From contig OZ281497.1 of NCBI GenBank assembly GCA_965637545.1, forward strand, positions 27,032,001 through 27,096,000: DNA of 64,000 nt. Direction: 5' to 3'. Positions 40,632 to 53,100 of the stretch are shown here, piece after piece (positions within the stretch are counted from its first letter, which is position 1; each line of letters starts with the position of its first letter). This stretch comes from Phallusia mammillata (Eukaryota). Made by a program: the position numbers and the translations under genes. The notes under the pieces were generated by a model. It was not told the DNA's origin. It was given only the letters and a program-made list of their open reading frames with translations, and searched no databases.

Positions 40632-41731
40632 ACAGCGCCACCACGCGATCCTAAAATTTCAAACTTGGTCACGTGTCTTCGACGGAAGTTACATCATACG
40701 AGTGGATGAGTGCTGAGCCACGCGGGAAGAGACGTTACCGGGTCTAAAGGTCAAGCGCTCGAGTTATTGACAATTTCGTTGCCTTCGTAAAAGTCCATGC
40801 AATGACGTCATAATTACGTCGTCATATTATTCTGGATGTTGAAGCATGTTTTTTTGATAAAACAATTTTTTGGTTTGGTAAAATGAGCGGTTGAACGAAA
40901 TTACTGAACTTTCTATTTATGTCAAATTTTACCTAATTTTAGTTTTCACGGACTTATTTCCGTTTTGTTGCTTTACTTTTATTTGTAAGCAGGAGACACA
41001 AAAATGTTTTAATTCTTATCATCTCTCGGTTGACCCGATCGCCACACTGTGCAAATCGAACATTTTTTCTGCTTTTTGTGCAGCAACGTTTTAACCACCC
41101 TAACCACCGCGTGTACATTTGCCGAAACGAACATGCTCAGTTCATGGCGCAGTTTAAATAAACGGATGATACTAAACTATCTAACCATATTTCAAAGTTC
41201 GATTGCCTCAAGTTCTCCAAAGGTAGAATATTTTTGAATTTTTCTTTTTTCAAAACTTTTTTCAAAGTTTCAAAGTAGTCATGATTTGACTTTCCCTAAC
41301 AGCAAATCAAAACATTAATTTCCACAAGTAGCAGGAGGACGACCAACGCACAAATCTTTGAGAGTGATGTATTTATGACAAACAAAAGCAATTCACCTTA
41401 TCAAGTCGTTACAGCGAGTTTGCGTAACGGTAACGTCACAGTGTTGAAAGAATGTTCGAAAAAATAACGAGAAAGGTTGAAACAATGGAAACCGACAAAG
41501 CAATATCAGAGATTATGTGTGAAGTGAGGCCAAAGTAGAAACCGAAAGTTTGTCCATTTTTCATCAAAGCCAAATAAAAATCAATTTAAAATGATGAACG
41601 TATAAAGCTGCTCATTAGGTCACGTGATATCAACTATGAACTTTACGAGGAATTCGTTGCTAAGCAACAACCAGAAGTATTTGATCACAGTTTGGCAAAA
41701 TGTGGAAGGTCCGATAGTGGTTAGGTCGATG

Positions 41732-44700
41732 TCATCTTCTGTACGACACTGGCTGAGTCGGTTTCAGCCCAGTCGGCGGCTTCATTGGGTTCTTAGAACC
41801 CTCAAACATACGTGCACGGGCAGACACTGTGCTGTTAGGTTCATCAGTACTTGGTTTAGCGGTTTCGCTGCGTTGTTTCAACCCTTCAAACATCTGCCCT
41901 CGAGCGGAAACACTATTAACAGTGTTACCACTAGATGTCCCGTTTGAGCAAGGGGATGGTTTGCTTTGTGATCGCGGTTTCATGGCAGTTGGTGGTTTTT
42001 GAGCTGCTGGCTTTTGTGGTTTGTCTGGTTTTACCGCTGGTTTGGGAAGTGTCGGCTTGGCAGGTGTCGGTTTAGGTGATGCAGGTTTGATTGGAGTCAG
42101 GGGTTTTGCTGGAAGTTGAAAATTTCTGCCAGTTTCCCTTTTTTCCGCAACAGTCGGTGGTGAACCACTTGTCTGTAAAAACTCGGTCTGCGACCGCGGT
42201 TTGGTCGGCAGAGTAGGTGCAACTTTTGCCTCGCTCGTGGGTGTGGTTGGTGGGAGAGGTTTCTTCGCAATCCTGGAGGTAACTTGCTTCGTCGTGGCAG
42301 AAATTAAATTAAACCCTCCCGGAGTTCGAAGGGGGGACATAGTGGATTGCTGAACATGTTCCTCAGTGTCTTGGTACATTCCGCCCTCCAAATCCTCATA
42401 AACACTCGGTACTAGTCCACCTATGTCACGTGACAATACGGGAGGTGGTTTCCCCTGTCCCGGAGTGGGGGGAAGCATAGTCCGTGACGTCATCTCCCAG
42501 TCTATTGCGTCATTGAACGATGGAAGAGGCCGCTTGATCATGTTCGGTGACGTTGGCAGGTCTGGTTGCTCGTAGTTCGGTTGATCGTCAGAGACGATGC
42601 CATTAGAAAAACGCTGGTTTGTTTGACTAAAGTTATTCGTCTGTGATCGGCTGAAAAAGGGGGCGTGGTCCCGTTGGAAAAGGTTAAGCTTTGGCCTGTT
42701 TGGTAAATTGTTTGTCGGCTTGTTCGAAAATAGCGGATTATGAGTGAAACCTTTACTCTGCTGTAGGCTTTCGCTTTTGTTGGTGGGAGGCTGAGGGGCC
42801 TGTTCGGTCGGACAACTGGATTTCTTCTCTAGGCGTTGCTTTGTAAACCCTTGGAACGGAAAGTTATGCGAATGATTGTGTTTATCAGGAAATGGATGTT
42901 GAGTGGAAACTGGCTCATAGAAGTCACAGCTCAGGGTATCAGGCCTCGGTGGTGGCAGCGGTTGGGGATAAGGGTCTGCATCATCAAAAATAGTCTTAAC
43001 CAGTTGCACTGGACAGAATAAGTACAATGATATGACTTTCACGAAAAAAAATGTTTTATCACTAATGATGACATAAGTTTTTGTCTAAACATTTAAAACA
43101 AAAGCATGTTGCTGTAAACAACTATTTGGGCTAGGATATTTATCAAAAGATTGTAATCGCACCTTCCCTAATTGTTTTAAAAATATGTCACACTGTAACT
43201 CTATGCTGTAACGCGACAAGTAGAAAGCAGATTTTCATGTCAGTCAAAAATATCCAAATAAATATTTGCAACTTTTACACCGATCAATCAACAAAATTGG
43301 TTTCTGTTTCAACCTAACAAGCAGTTTCCCGGTGACCTTAAAAAGCGAATCGCTTATCCCGTAATTTAAGAGCTTGGTATGAAAGGACCAAAGACATTGG
43401 CGTTGTGCTTAGAGCTGCTTTGAGAATCCCTAAGGATAACATTACCGGTTTCAGCGTCCAAAGCATTTTTGTTGCTTAAAATGTCCAGCGATTTTAAGTG
43501 TAATCCCTATATCGGTAATATTTGATTGATTCCAAGCAATGGTGCTTTTAAATATCCGATGAGATAAAATTTTTGAGACATGTAAATCAAGCGACAATAT
43601 AATGGTGCTTTTTGAAATTCCACCAACTCTGTACCCGTACCTGGGGCTGTGTCGAATTTTTCATAGTAACCCTCGTCTTCAGCAGTGAACACGTGGTCAG
43701 GGGGTCGCGGCGACGCAACGTCATCAATAGGTAAAGATTGCATGCTGCCACTCGAACTTGTGCTCTGTGATGACGTCACTGAGTTGGAGGTCACCTTCCT
43801 GTTAAGGTCAGGGGTCGACAAAACCGTTTAGTTACATGTAAAGCATAGTTTCGTGGTTCAATCAATCATTTCAACACGACATTTTGAAACTATCTAAAAT
43901 CATTTCTTGAACTTTGCATGAAATATAGATCTAAGCATTTTTTACACATTTGGCGATTCTTAAACGCGGTAATATATTAATGAATGTTGCACATTTACAT
44001 CACAGAATTTTAGTGTTTAAATGAAACCAGCGTGAAATAGGGAACGGTATTGTTAGTTGTAATGCACGGACCAGGAAGTAACCGTAGATTGATGTGTCAC
44101 CGAATTGAAAACAAACAAACAACAGGCTGTGACATCACAGTAGGCTACTGTTGTTTTGAATAATTTATTTATAGATTTGCCACGTTACGCAATGCAAAGC
44201 AACTTTCGATGTACTTTCACTCTAAAGATTTGTTACGTCATTAGGTGCAATACGTTAAAAAAGACAAAGAAAAACAAGACAAAACAGAAAAAAAGGAAAA
44301 TTACTCGAAAATGTTTAAAAATTTACGAAAGTAATATTTACTTACCCGTGATGGAAGTTTGTTTTCGTTTTGTCAGAGAAACTATTTGGACGCTTGGTGT
44401 CGCCAAGGTGTCCCATCGGTGTGGGTCCGTTTGGGGAGCCTGGTGAATTCCCTGGACGTTTCTCTGGTAAGGATCGGCTCATTCTTAGGTTATTGGCTGT
44501 GAGAAGTCGGAAAGGCGCGTGAATGCATGACGCAACTTGTTACGCGGTTACTTAACGTCGTTAAGACCAAAACAGAGCTAAATCGTGAAATAAATTTGTT
44601 CTGCGCATGCGCACTGACAAACTGGAACGCCTTTGATTGGTAGCAAATTTTTTAAGTCATGCAGTGCCTAACTTGTATGTTTAAAGGCACCGAAGAAGGG

Positions 44701-47700
44701 ATTTTATACCGTTTAGTTCAGGGGTGGGCAACCTTTGTTACTGTAGGGCCAATTACAAACGTCAAAATTGGATCGAGGGCCGCACATGTGCATCACACAA
44801 AGTGATTTTGATTTGTTTCTTATCGAATATGCTTAATTACAAGTATAGTTCGTATTTGATTCTAGCCACGTTTTGCCAGATCGCAGAAAACTAGCATCAG
44901 GCGCATTAATCAACTCAAAAATATGTAATAATTGGGCTCGTTTGCCAGTACTTATGAAATCCAAGCGTCTCTGCGGGCCGCACAAGATTTAATGAAGGGC
45001 CGCAGGTTGCCCGCCCCTGGTTTAGTAGATTGCTTAAACAGATTGTTCAATAAGAAAATGCTTAAACAGATCAGCCAATTAGAAAATGAAATTACAATTT
45101 ACGCAATAAATTTGGTAATATGATTTATTTTTTATTTTATTTATTTTTTACGACAATCAGACGACAGTCCGGAAACTGAAAACTATCGTTTGTCGTGTCA
45201 CCATACGAGAAATAAACGTATTTTCAGATAAAGGATAGACGACAATAATATAAACAAAAGCGGAAAAGCGAACGAAAGAGGCTAAATGTCAATAGATCGG
45301 TAGCAGAAATCAAAATCTATTACATGCGCGCAAATATTTGTGAACAGCATGAAATAATGACAGTGTATGAGCGTCTGTTAAATCAGGATGACCAAATAGC
45401 ATGAAACGAATAATTGCACCAGGAGAAAGATTGGAAAGAAATGATGCGTTAAACTTTGCGCTTTCTGTCAGAATATTCGAAACAGTAGAGAACAAAATTG
45501 TGCGAGGACCAACCAATTGTGGACAATTGAGAAACAAATGTTGCGTGGTTTCTATGGCCTGACATGCACAAGGGCGAAAGTGGGATTGATATTGAGTGGG
45601 CTATGGTTAAGTCGAAGCATGCAATGAAGGGCAGTTGACTTAGGACAAGAGCCAGACAGATGTAAGGTTCTGACTGGATGCGTAAAGAAAAGTTTTTTAA
45701 CTTTATTTTTAAAAACCGAAACAGATTTTATCGATCGGATTTCTTTTGGGAGATTATTCCACAAGCGGATAGTTTTGGGACAAAATTAGTTGAATTTGGT
45801 ACTTCTGCGGCACGCAATGGGGTGGATTTTGAGGGGGTTACGCAAGTCATGTTAGAATGAATTTTTAATGTATTCAGGAATGCAGCTTTGTAAATATTAT
45901 GGTCCTATGCGATTTAGAACTTTGTGAAATTGAATGAGAGAGTGAACGTTGCCACGAACACGGAGGGGTGTCAAACCAAGGTCCTGTAATATTTTATCAT
46001 ACGAGGTGGTCTTCATACACCCTAAAATTAGTTTGGCTGATTGGTGTTGCACATTTTCTAGTACTTCACAGTCAGAGAGGTTACAGTTATCGAATACAAT
46101 GTCGCCATACTCAAGTGTAGGAAGAACGCATGACCTATAAAGGGTTAGGATGATATGCCGGGAGACTGTGTTAGATATTTTGCGCAATCGGTTAACTTTG
46201 ATTTGTGCTTTGTGGCATATGTAGCGAATGTGGTCGTGCCAAGAAAGTGTTGGTGTAAACATAAGGCCGAGATACATATGATTTATTGTTCTAATATTGT
46301 TCCAATTTTATTTTTGTAAATTAAAAACATCGTATCAAGAGTTGTAAAATGTCGATTTAAACATTGTCAATTTTGACTTTACATGCGTTTGTATCAATAT
46401 GAAAGCGCCATTTGAATTGCATTGCAAGCCATTTTCACAATAACATGCATTTTAATTTATACTTATACTTTTATTCACCTGTTATGTTGTATTTTTCAAT
46501 TTCCTGTTTAAAACACTCTTTCCATGATTTCATTTCTACTTCAGTTTCTAAACAAGAACATATTTGAATTGACTGAGTTATCCCAAAATAATAAATACGT
46601 TTTTAAAAAGAAAGTTGTACAAGTAAAAGTCATTCAGTCACATCAGATGTCAAACAGAACACACACGTTGTATTTAATCACTTAAATTTAAGCAAAATGT
46701 CGCTATCTAGACAGACACGCGTCAAATTAAAAAGACTACTTCCCAACAAAACGGTGTAGTTCCAACCGTTTTCCAGGGGATTTGTCTGTACGCACTTGTC
46801 TATCATTTAACTATACGCGGAAGCCATACGAAAAAACGTGTACGAGTCGAAAACACAAACTAAAGCTTCTGTTGAAATCTTAATACCAGTAGTTGTTTGA
46901 AAAGAATAAATTGTATATTTTTTAACACATATACACATTAATTTTAAAGAGCTCTTCTGGCAATTGTATTTTTGCAACGACGTTTCGACGTCCTATACAG
47001 ATCGTCTTCAGGGTAAATAACACTGAATGTGGAATTTGAAAACAATTTTGTACCTGGAGCGAAGTAGTAAGTTCGTCCGTCTGCGGATTTCGGATAAACC
47101 TTGAAAACGTATGGAATAGCTGTACATCGTTCTTCCTCTGCTGTTATCACCCTGGGTTTCAAAAAATATATTTTGTTAATACAAAGCATCCAAACTGGAA
47201 TCGTTCTAAAAGTTAACTGCTGTTTGGTAAAGTTATTTTGCTGATATTTTCTGTTTTGCATGGACGTATTTCTGGCTGGTATGACAACGTTTTTACGCCC
47301 ACGTATTTTGTTATTTAGTTCTCTGGACAAAATCGGCTACTTTGCTTCACATAACAATAATTGAGGCAAGAAATTGTTTTCATTTAATACATATTAATCA
47401 GTAAGCACAGTATTTTAAAAACATTTAGAACTCGAAATTACTTGCATTGACTACAAACTGATACCATCCAACAAGCGTTTAGGCGGTTCTCGAACCCCAG
47501 GTCAAAACAGTGGCTTAGAGTAATTAACAAAATCGATTGCTTGTTTACGCAACAACTGCTGAGCTACTGTACGAAAGTAAATCCGACATACTGATATCGG
47601 TTTAAAGATAACCTAGAGTGTTTGAACAGAAACCTCTAATGTGTGGACTTACATACCTATTGCTGTAACCCTGAAGTGAGAAAGCTCCTTGTGGAGACTT

Positions 47701-50183
47701 GGAGCTCAAGTCTTTGTAATAATAAACCCATCCTTTTAATAAGATGAAAAATCGTTTGTCGTCTGAAACCGAAAACAACGTTTGTTAATTATTACACAAT
47801 TGTAAGCTTAGGAAGAGGGGATTGATTTGATATCATGCCTTTTATAGGCTTTGTGTATTGTGATTTATACAAATAAATAAGCGTGTTTTCTGGTCCGCAT
47901 AGAACGCTTCCGGACTGTTTCCAGTAATATATAAAGGTTCATCTATAGCAGGGACGGGCAACTTCTCCAGTCGGCGGGCCTGATATGGGAAAATGAAGTA
48001 CTTGGCGGGCCGGATTCTTGAATCAATACATTAATCGCGCATTTATCCAGTGATTTAAAACGCATTTTGGACCTAATAAACCAAATACAATCAAGAACGT
48101 CACAATCACAATACAGTCCAAACAATCTAACTGATATTATAAAATTATTCACCACAGCAAATTTAATGCATACACAACAGACTTAGATACTGCTGAAACA
48201 CTAACTAGGCTACAAGTGTGGAAACAAAGGAAACCGTGAAAGCAGGCCACACACAAGGTTGGCAGTTATGTCGTAACAATGGATTTATGGTGCAATGGTA
48301 CGGCGGGGAAGTTTTTTGCTATTGGGGAGCGTTACTGTCCGTTACAACTATAATTTGACATAGTAAGCAAGTAGTGGGGATTGCGGCAGACTGTGGCTGC
48401 GGGCCACATTATCATGTAAGACCAGAAACTGTCTGTGGGCCGCTCAAAATCCCGTCGCGGGCCGGATCCGGCCCGCGGGCCGTATGTTGCCCGCCCCTGA
48501 TCTATAGGCTAAATATTATGCAAATTTATTTTTAGTTTACCAAGTCGAACAGAACTGATTTTTTTTATTGAATGTAAACATAAACAAACTCTCGTCACCA
48601 GCTGCACTGATGAGACCTTATAGGTCGAAACAGTGTGCACTGTCTGCAGCTTATCATTTATTGGCTCATATGCTTTTACATTGATACTGTGACACTGAGC
48701 CGACTTCACTGTGGTTCCCAAGCAGTTGCTTGGCCACTGTGAGCCAGTTTCATTTGTGCTGTATGCCCAGTTGTGGCATCGCACAGACTGGGTGATGTAT
48801 GGGGTTGTACCCTGTTGCTCACCACAAACTGGAGTGCCGTTTGATGGCTACACTAGCCAATGCGGCCGATCTCTCGTCACCAGCTGCACTGATGAGACCT
48901 TATAGGTCGAAACAGTGTGCACTGTCTGCAGCTTATCATTTATTGGCTCATATGCTTTTACATAAACAAACTACAAACATGAAAAGTTTAAAAAAGTTAA
49001 TTAATAGTTATACCAAAAATTGTAACTACAGGCAGTCAGAAACAGTAATAGTCAAAAATTGAAAAAAATATGTGCCACATTTCGATCATCATCAGTGCAG
49101 GTGACAACAGTCATTTTTGAAACGTCTGCATACTGATTCTATATACGCAAGTTCTTTGACAGTTATGTTTATGAATAAATTACTCTTTATGCCCTTGTAT
49201 AGTGTATGAATAAATTACCTAAATGTGCCATATGTTCTAAAAAAGATATCGTACATATTGTCAGACACTCTTTGCTAACCCCGTTAAAAGCATGGCAATG
49301 AACGCATGAGTGCCATATGCAGCCTGTGTTCTAAAGTTTATGCTGCTGTTAGTACTTGATTAAGTGGTAAAAACCGTTCGCCGGAAGCTATTTTATTTCC
49401 TTATACCCATAATTATGCACAGCAGGGAATAAACAAGCGAAAATCGATTCTCAACAATGTTTTCCAGGAAAACAGATGATAAACGTTGACGATCTGCAGT
49501 CAATCAATTTCAGGCGATAAGGGTTTGTGCACTGATTTTGCAAATTGAGATTGTTGTTATTAGTAAAAAAAATGCTCTCCAGCCTAAAACGTTTATTAAC
49601 GCGCATAACTTTCATTTTTATGACGTCAAGTACGTCACGCACTAAACGTGGGAGGCAAAAGTTCAAACTGGTGAGCCGTCATTAATCTACCTCAGCCAAT
49701 TTACACACGCAAAGCATGTGTCACACAGAATGTTTACTAACGAGTTCGCAAAACATTTTCTGCATTACGAATTTACAATTAGGTAACTGATGTGTATTTA
49801 GATGGTAGGTCTAACATTTTCCCTCTAGAAAGTTGTGGTAACGCTTTTAAACGCCAAAACTGGAACAACACACTGGCCTGCCAAATTGGGGGAAAATATC
49901 GTAAACATTTATTCCTCAACCAAAAAGTGGGCATTGTACGGCAACTCATGGGACAAGACCTCAAGACCCCCCCTGATTACTCCATATAGTGATCGAAATG
50001 TTACCCTTAACGTTTTCTCGAGAGAAGTAAACACAAAAACTTACAGTTGCTTAGCGGAGTGAATGGGATTTTGTTTCGACCCGACTTTTTCAGCATCCAT
50101 CCCCGCTTTGTCACTCCTCGTTCCAAATTCAGTTGTTCTGCTGGCAGGTTCTGGTAAGCCTCGGGATATTGAAATTCTGACAT
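41732..50183 (-). CDS. SH3BP2: SH3BP2 (3BP2)-like adaptor: N-terminal PH domain plus long Pro/Tyr-rich region; no SH2 domain seen
   Basis: Minus-strand exons 50183-50045, 47762-47657, 47151-47054, 46547-46479, 44496-44346, 43798-43641, 43008-41732 join in frame. The PH domain (GVTKRGWMLKKSG..RFFILLKGWVYYYKDLSSKSPQGAFSLQGY..RVITAEE..FKV..RTYYF..KSW) closely resembles, from recall, the vertebrate SH3BP2 PH domain including the SPQGAFSL motif. Confidence 0.82.
44719..45019. mobile_element. hAT (Charlie-like) MITE
   Basis: TIRs CAGGGGTGGGCAACCT / AGGTTGCCCGCCCCTG; 8-bp TSD GTTTAGTT / GTTTAGTA; internal GGGCCGCA motifs. Confidence 0.88.
45130..46275 (-). mobile_element. 5'-truncated, frameshifted LINE (CR1/L2-group-like) 3' end
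   Basis: ORF pieces YLGLMFTPTLSWHDHI..LYRSCVLPTLEYG, WNNLPKEIRSIKSVSVFK, and a C-terminal zinc-knuckle-like E..QHLFLNCP; A-rich tail; 12-bp TSD ATATGATTTATT at 45118-45129 and 46276-46287. Confidence 0.88.
46948..47017 (-). ncRNA. Minimal (Penelope-type) hammerhead ribozyme motif, stem I mutated
   Basis: Minus strand TTTACC-CTGAAGA-C-GAT..GTC-GAA-ACGT-C-GTTGCAAAAATACAATTGCCAGAAGAGCTCT; same family as 14548-14652. Confidence 0.6.
47949..48499. mobile_element. hAT (Charlie-like) MITE
   Basis: TIRs CAGGGACGGGCAAC / GTTGCCCGCCCCTG; perfect 8-bp TSD ATCTATAG (47941-47948, 48500-48507); GCGGGCC subterminal repeats. Confidence 0.9.
48600..48651 (+). ncRNA. Type I hammerhead ribozyme, copy 1
   Basis: AGCTGCA-CTGATGA-GACC/TTATA/GGTC-GAA-ACAGTG/TG/CACTGT-C-TGCAGCT: full conserved core, three paired stems, GUC cleavage predicted after 48644. 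Confidence 0.95.
48882..48933 (+). ncRNA. Type I hammerhead ribozyme, copy 2 (identical to copy 1)
   Basis: Same sequence 282 nt downstream; predicted cleavage after 48926. Confidence 0.95.
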
Positions 50184-53100
50184 ACTTTTCAAATATACTT
50201 TTTCAATTTTAACACATCTGTTTCTGTATTAGACGTTACATAGTTCTGCAAAAGTATGATGTGGTTTAAAATGTTTTTAGTATTTCAATTGGTTATTTGG
50301 CATTGGTGTCACAATCTACTTCTCGCAATAGGTAACCTGCGGCAAAACTGTTGGTTCGCCACATGAGGATTTCAACTCAATTATCGTACAGTATAAAGAT
50401 ATCCGAATATTGTACAGTTTAAGAAAACTTGCAATACAAAACAGTATATTGACACAACTATCGCTTAATGGTTTATAACTGTAACCCTAACACGTTGCTT
50501 GTACTTAGCTGTACCCAGTCTACGGTACTATATACTGAACTAAAGCAGCATAGCGGTCTGCAACCAGGAGATGATCAGGACCCGTTGTTTACAAACTGAT
50601 AACCTACGTTGACTTATACGTCACTGTGTACACTACTGAGGTTTCCTACAGGTTCAATCGCAAAGCGATAATTGGCTCAGCATGTCAAGAAAAATCTCTC
50701 ACCGTTTAGCGAATTAAAGCCTATCACATAACCGATTATAACGCCGCGTCTACCGAGCTACTGCATCTGCATTAAAGTGCGTTCACAAGCAGTTCCTCCT
50801 ACGGGTTGCGTAGTATATAATGACTAATAAATTGCGTAAGCCAGCTGAAACGCTATGTCATTGAGTCATCCATAACATTCAACAATGCAACTAGCAAAAA
50901 ATTGCTATTTGTTACATAGGAATGAACACAGGAAATACAATATACACCTGCAGTGTTACATATCCATGCAATGTTATTGTCAGATTTGTTCAAGTAATAA
51001 AATACGAGGAAATCTGTAAATAATTAACTGTCCTGGTGGAATCATATGGAATTGACATCATGGAGAAAGTTTGTTTAGCGACACATAATAAAGCGATGTT
51101 TTATTTGAACAAGAACTTCCACAAACAAAACTCTGGCATTAGTGGTATTTGAACTTTAACACCAACGCGAATTAGGTCCCAAACTTTTACAGTCTTATTG
51201 AATAAAGCACAACAAATTGGTCAAAAACAAATGTGAGCTGTATCTGCGTTCTGGCAACTTGGATGAATAATATTCTTACAGCGTAAAATTTTTGATAATT
51301 TTCTCTGGAAAATCCGTGCGGTTTTTCCGGCTAAATTTAAACTTTGGTAAATTTAAATTCCCTAAATTAGCTTCAAACCTCTTTCTCTTTATTTTTGACT
51401 CAAAATTTTCCAGCACCGCACTGACCACTAATCTATCCAATATTTATCATATATCCTTAACGTCACCTTTACCCTGAAGATTCTGTTTAAAATGAAATCC
51501 CTTCTTTGCGCAGCGTACTAAGGCTTGATGCATTATACGTGACATGACGACCCAAGCAAGCGCTCTCGTTGCGTACGATGTTCGACTGATACGTTGGTTT
51601 CGCCGGAACGTCTTTTGCCCATAATTGCTGTAGCAACTGATGTTAGCACGTACATCTTATCATCGCGCTCTATGACGATGCAACATGGGTTATGACGTCA
51701 TACTGCGGTAAAACCCGATATGATACGTGGTGTAAGGCCCAACGTACGGTAGCTGCTTCCTGGGTAGGTTTCGGTGGCAATCAAAAGTTCAAACGTTCAA
51801 GAATGAGGGGTCCGACTCGTTGGTAAGGTGCGCATGAGTTATAAAGAGCAAGATGGAAATGTTTTGCAACTGTTTTAATGAAACAGTTATGTATATTTAG
51901 AGACAACATATACGGTCTTTGTATCTTTAAAGTTGTTGCCAACATTTAGCAACACGTATAGCATGTAGATTAAAAGCACATTACCACCTCTAGTGACTAT
52001 ATGTTTTACCAATTGTATCAAACAATATAAATGTGTCAAAACTACACACCGAAATGACGCTTCTTTTTTGAAATAACTTCTTCACACTATTTTATTCATA
52101 TTTATAGCTTTTTTGCCTTTTTAATGTTTTCTTTTGCAAATCTACACATCAACTCGCATTTTAGTTTAACTCATTACCACAATTTGCACAAATTTAACTC
52201 AAACAATGCCAACCTAAATGTTTCCTACTTCTCACACCCTAATAACTCTCTGTTCATTAAGTGGCATTCTATTCTGAAATCAATAGATACTCTGCAGACT
52301 GACCAACACAACTTCAACCTTTTTTGCCTCAATGTTTATTCCAGCTATGAACTTTAGAATTTTAACGCCTGACGCAGATCACTCCTCCTTCTATTCCTGG
52401 CCCCGTGCATGGCTTGCGCTACTATTTCCGTCTATGTAAGGCAGCCAAACACGGGCTGTTGCTTCCTTGAGCTGTGAAAACCGGAGAGTAGCTGATGTTC
52501 AACGCCCAACTAATATGACCTTATGGTGGACTAAACATGTAAAAGTCGTGTCACAAAAAAAACAGACGTGCAGATTTGGTTTTACAAAGACAAGTGAAAA
52601 ACTTGGTGACAGAACAAAAACAAGAATGACTGATCGGCTATAGCGCTTCTTTTACGTATTATCCAAATTACTCCTTGCTCACAGTTCATCTTATAAGGAA
52701 TTGCTCACGTCTATCATTTTTGGAGGCGTTTCCGCAGACGAAGTACTGCTCACTCTCACTTCTTGGTAATATACGTGTCACTGCAAGAAAACAAACAGCA
52801 AATATAAAGTCACACACTTCCATCTTTCCTTGCTATTACTAAGAGGATGTATATAAATAATTTTATATGCAAGGAAATTACGATAAATATCAACTTTTGA
52901 ACCAAACCGGGGTTAGGCCGAGAAGCAGTTATTGCTGCGGAGTGAGCTATCACCTTCTAGACATGGGAAAGGTTGACTTAAAGTTTAAAATCACGTCGAA
53001 GAAAAAAGCAAAAATTGGAAAGAGTTTCAGGAACCAGACTGACGTCAGCGCATCTGCATGTGACTTTTGAATAGTTGGATGTCGTGAACTTCTCTCTACC

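Larger units (their letters stand above)
48578..48972 (+). mobile_element. Non-LTR retrozyme (hammerhead-containing non-autonomous retroelement), 282-nt unit, with 13-bp TSD
   Basis: Perfect 93-bp direct repeats 48589-48681 and 48871-48963, each containing a hammerhead. Flanking duplication ACATAAACAAACT at 48578-48590 and 48960-48972. No credible coding sequence. Confidence 0.88.

Noticed and set aside
41620-41730. FLVK on the minus strand downstream of the SH3BP2-like stop as an SH2 remnant
   Set aside because: Short frame closed by a stop, with no other SH2 motifs; looks like 3' UTR.
43690-43715. RPPDH as the tankyrase-binding (cherubism) RxxPDG motif
   Set aside because: Spacing is wrong and the required Gly is absent.
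48589-48963. Direct repeats as CRISPR array or LTR retrotransposon
   Set aside because: Only two 93-bp units, no cas genes, no TG..CA ends, PBS or pol; the hammerhead structure explains them.
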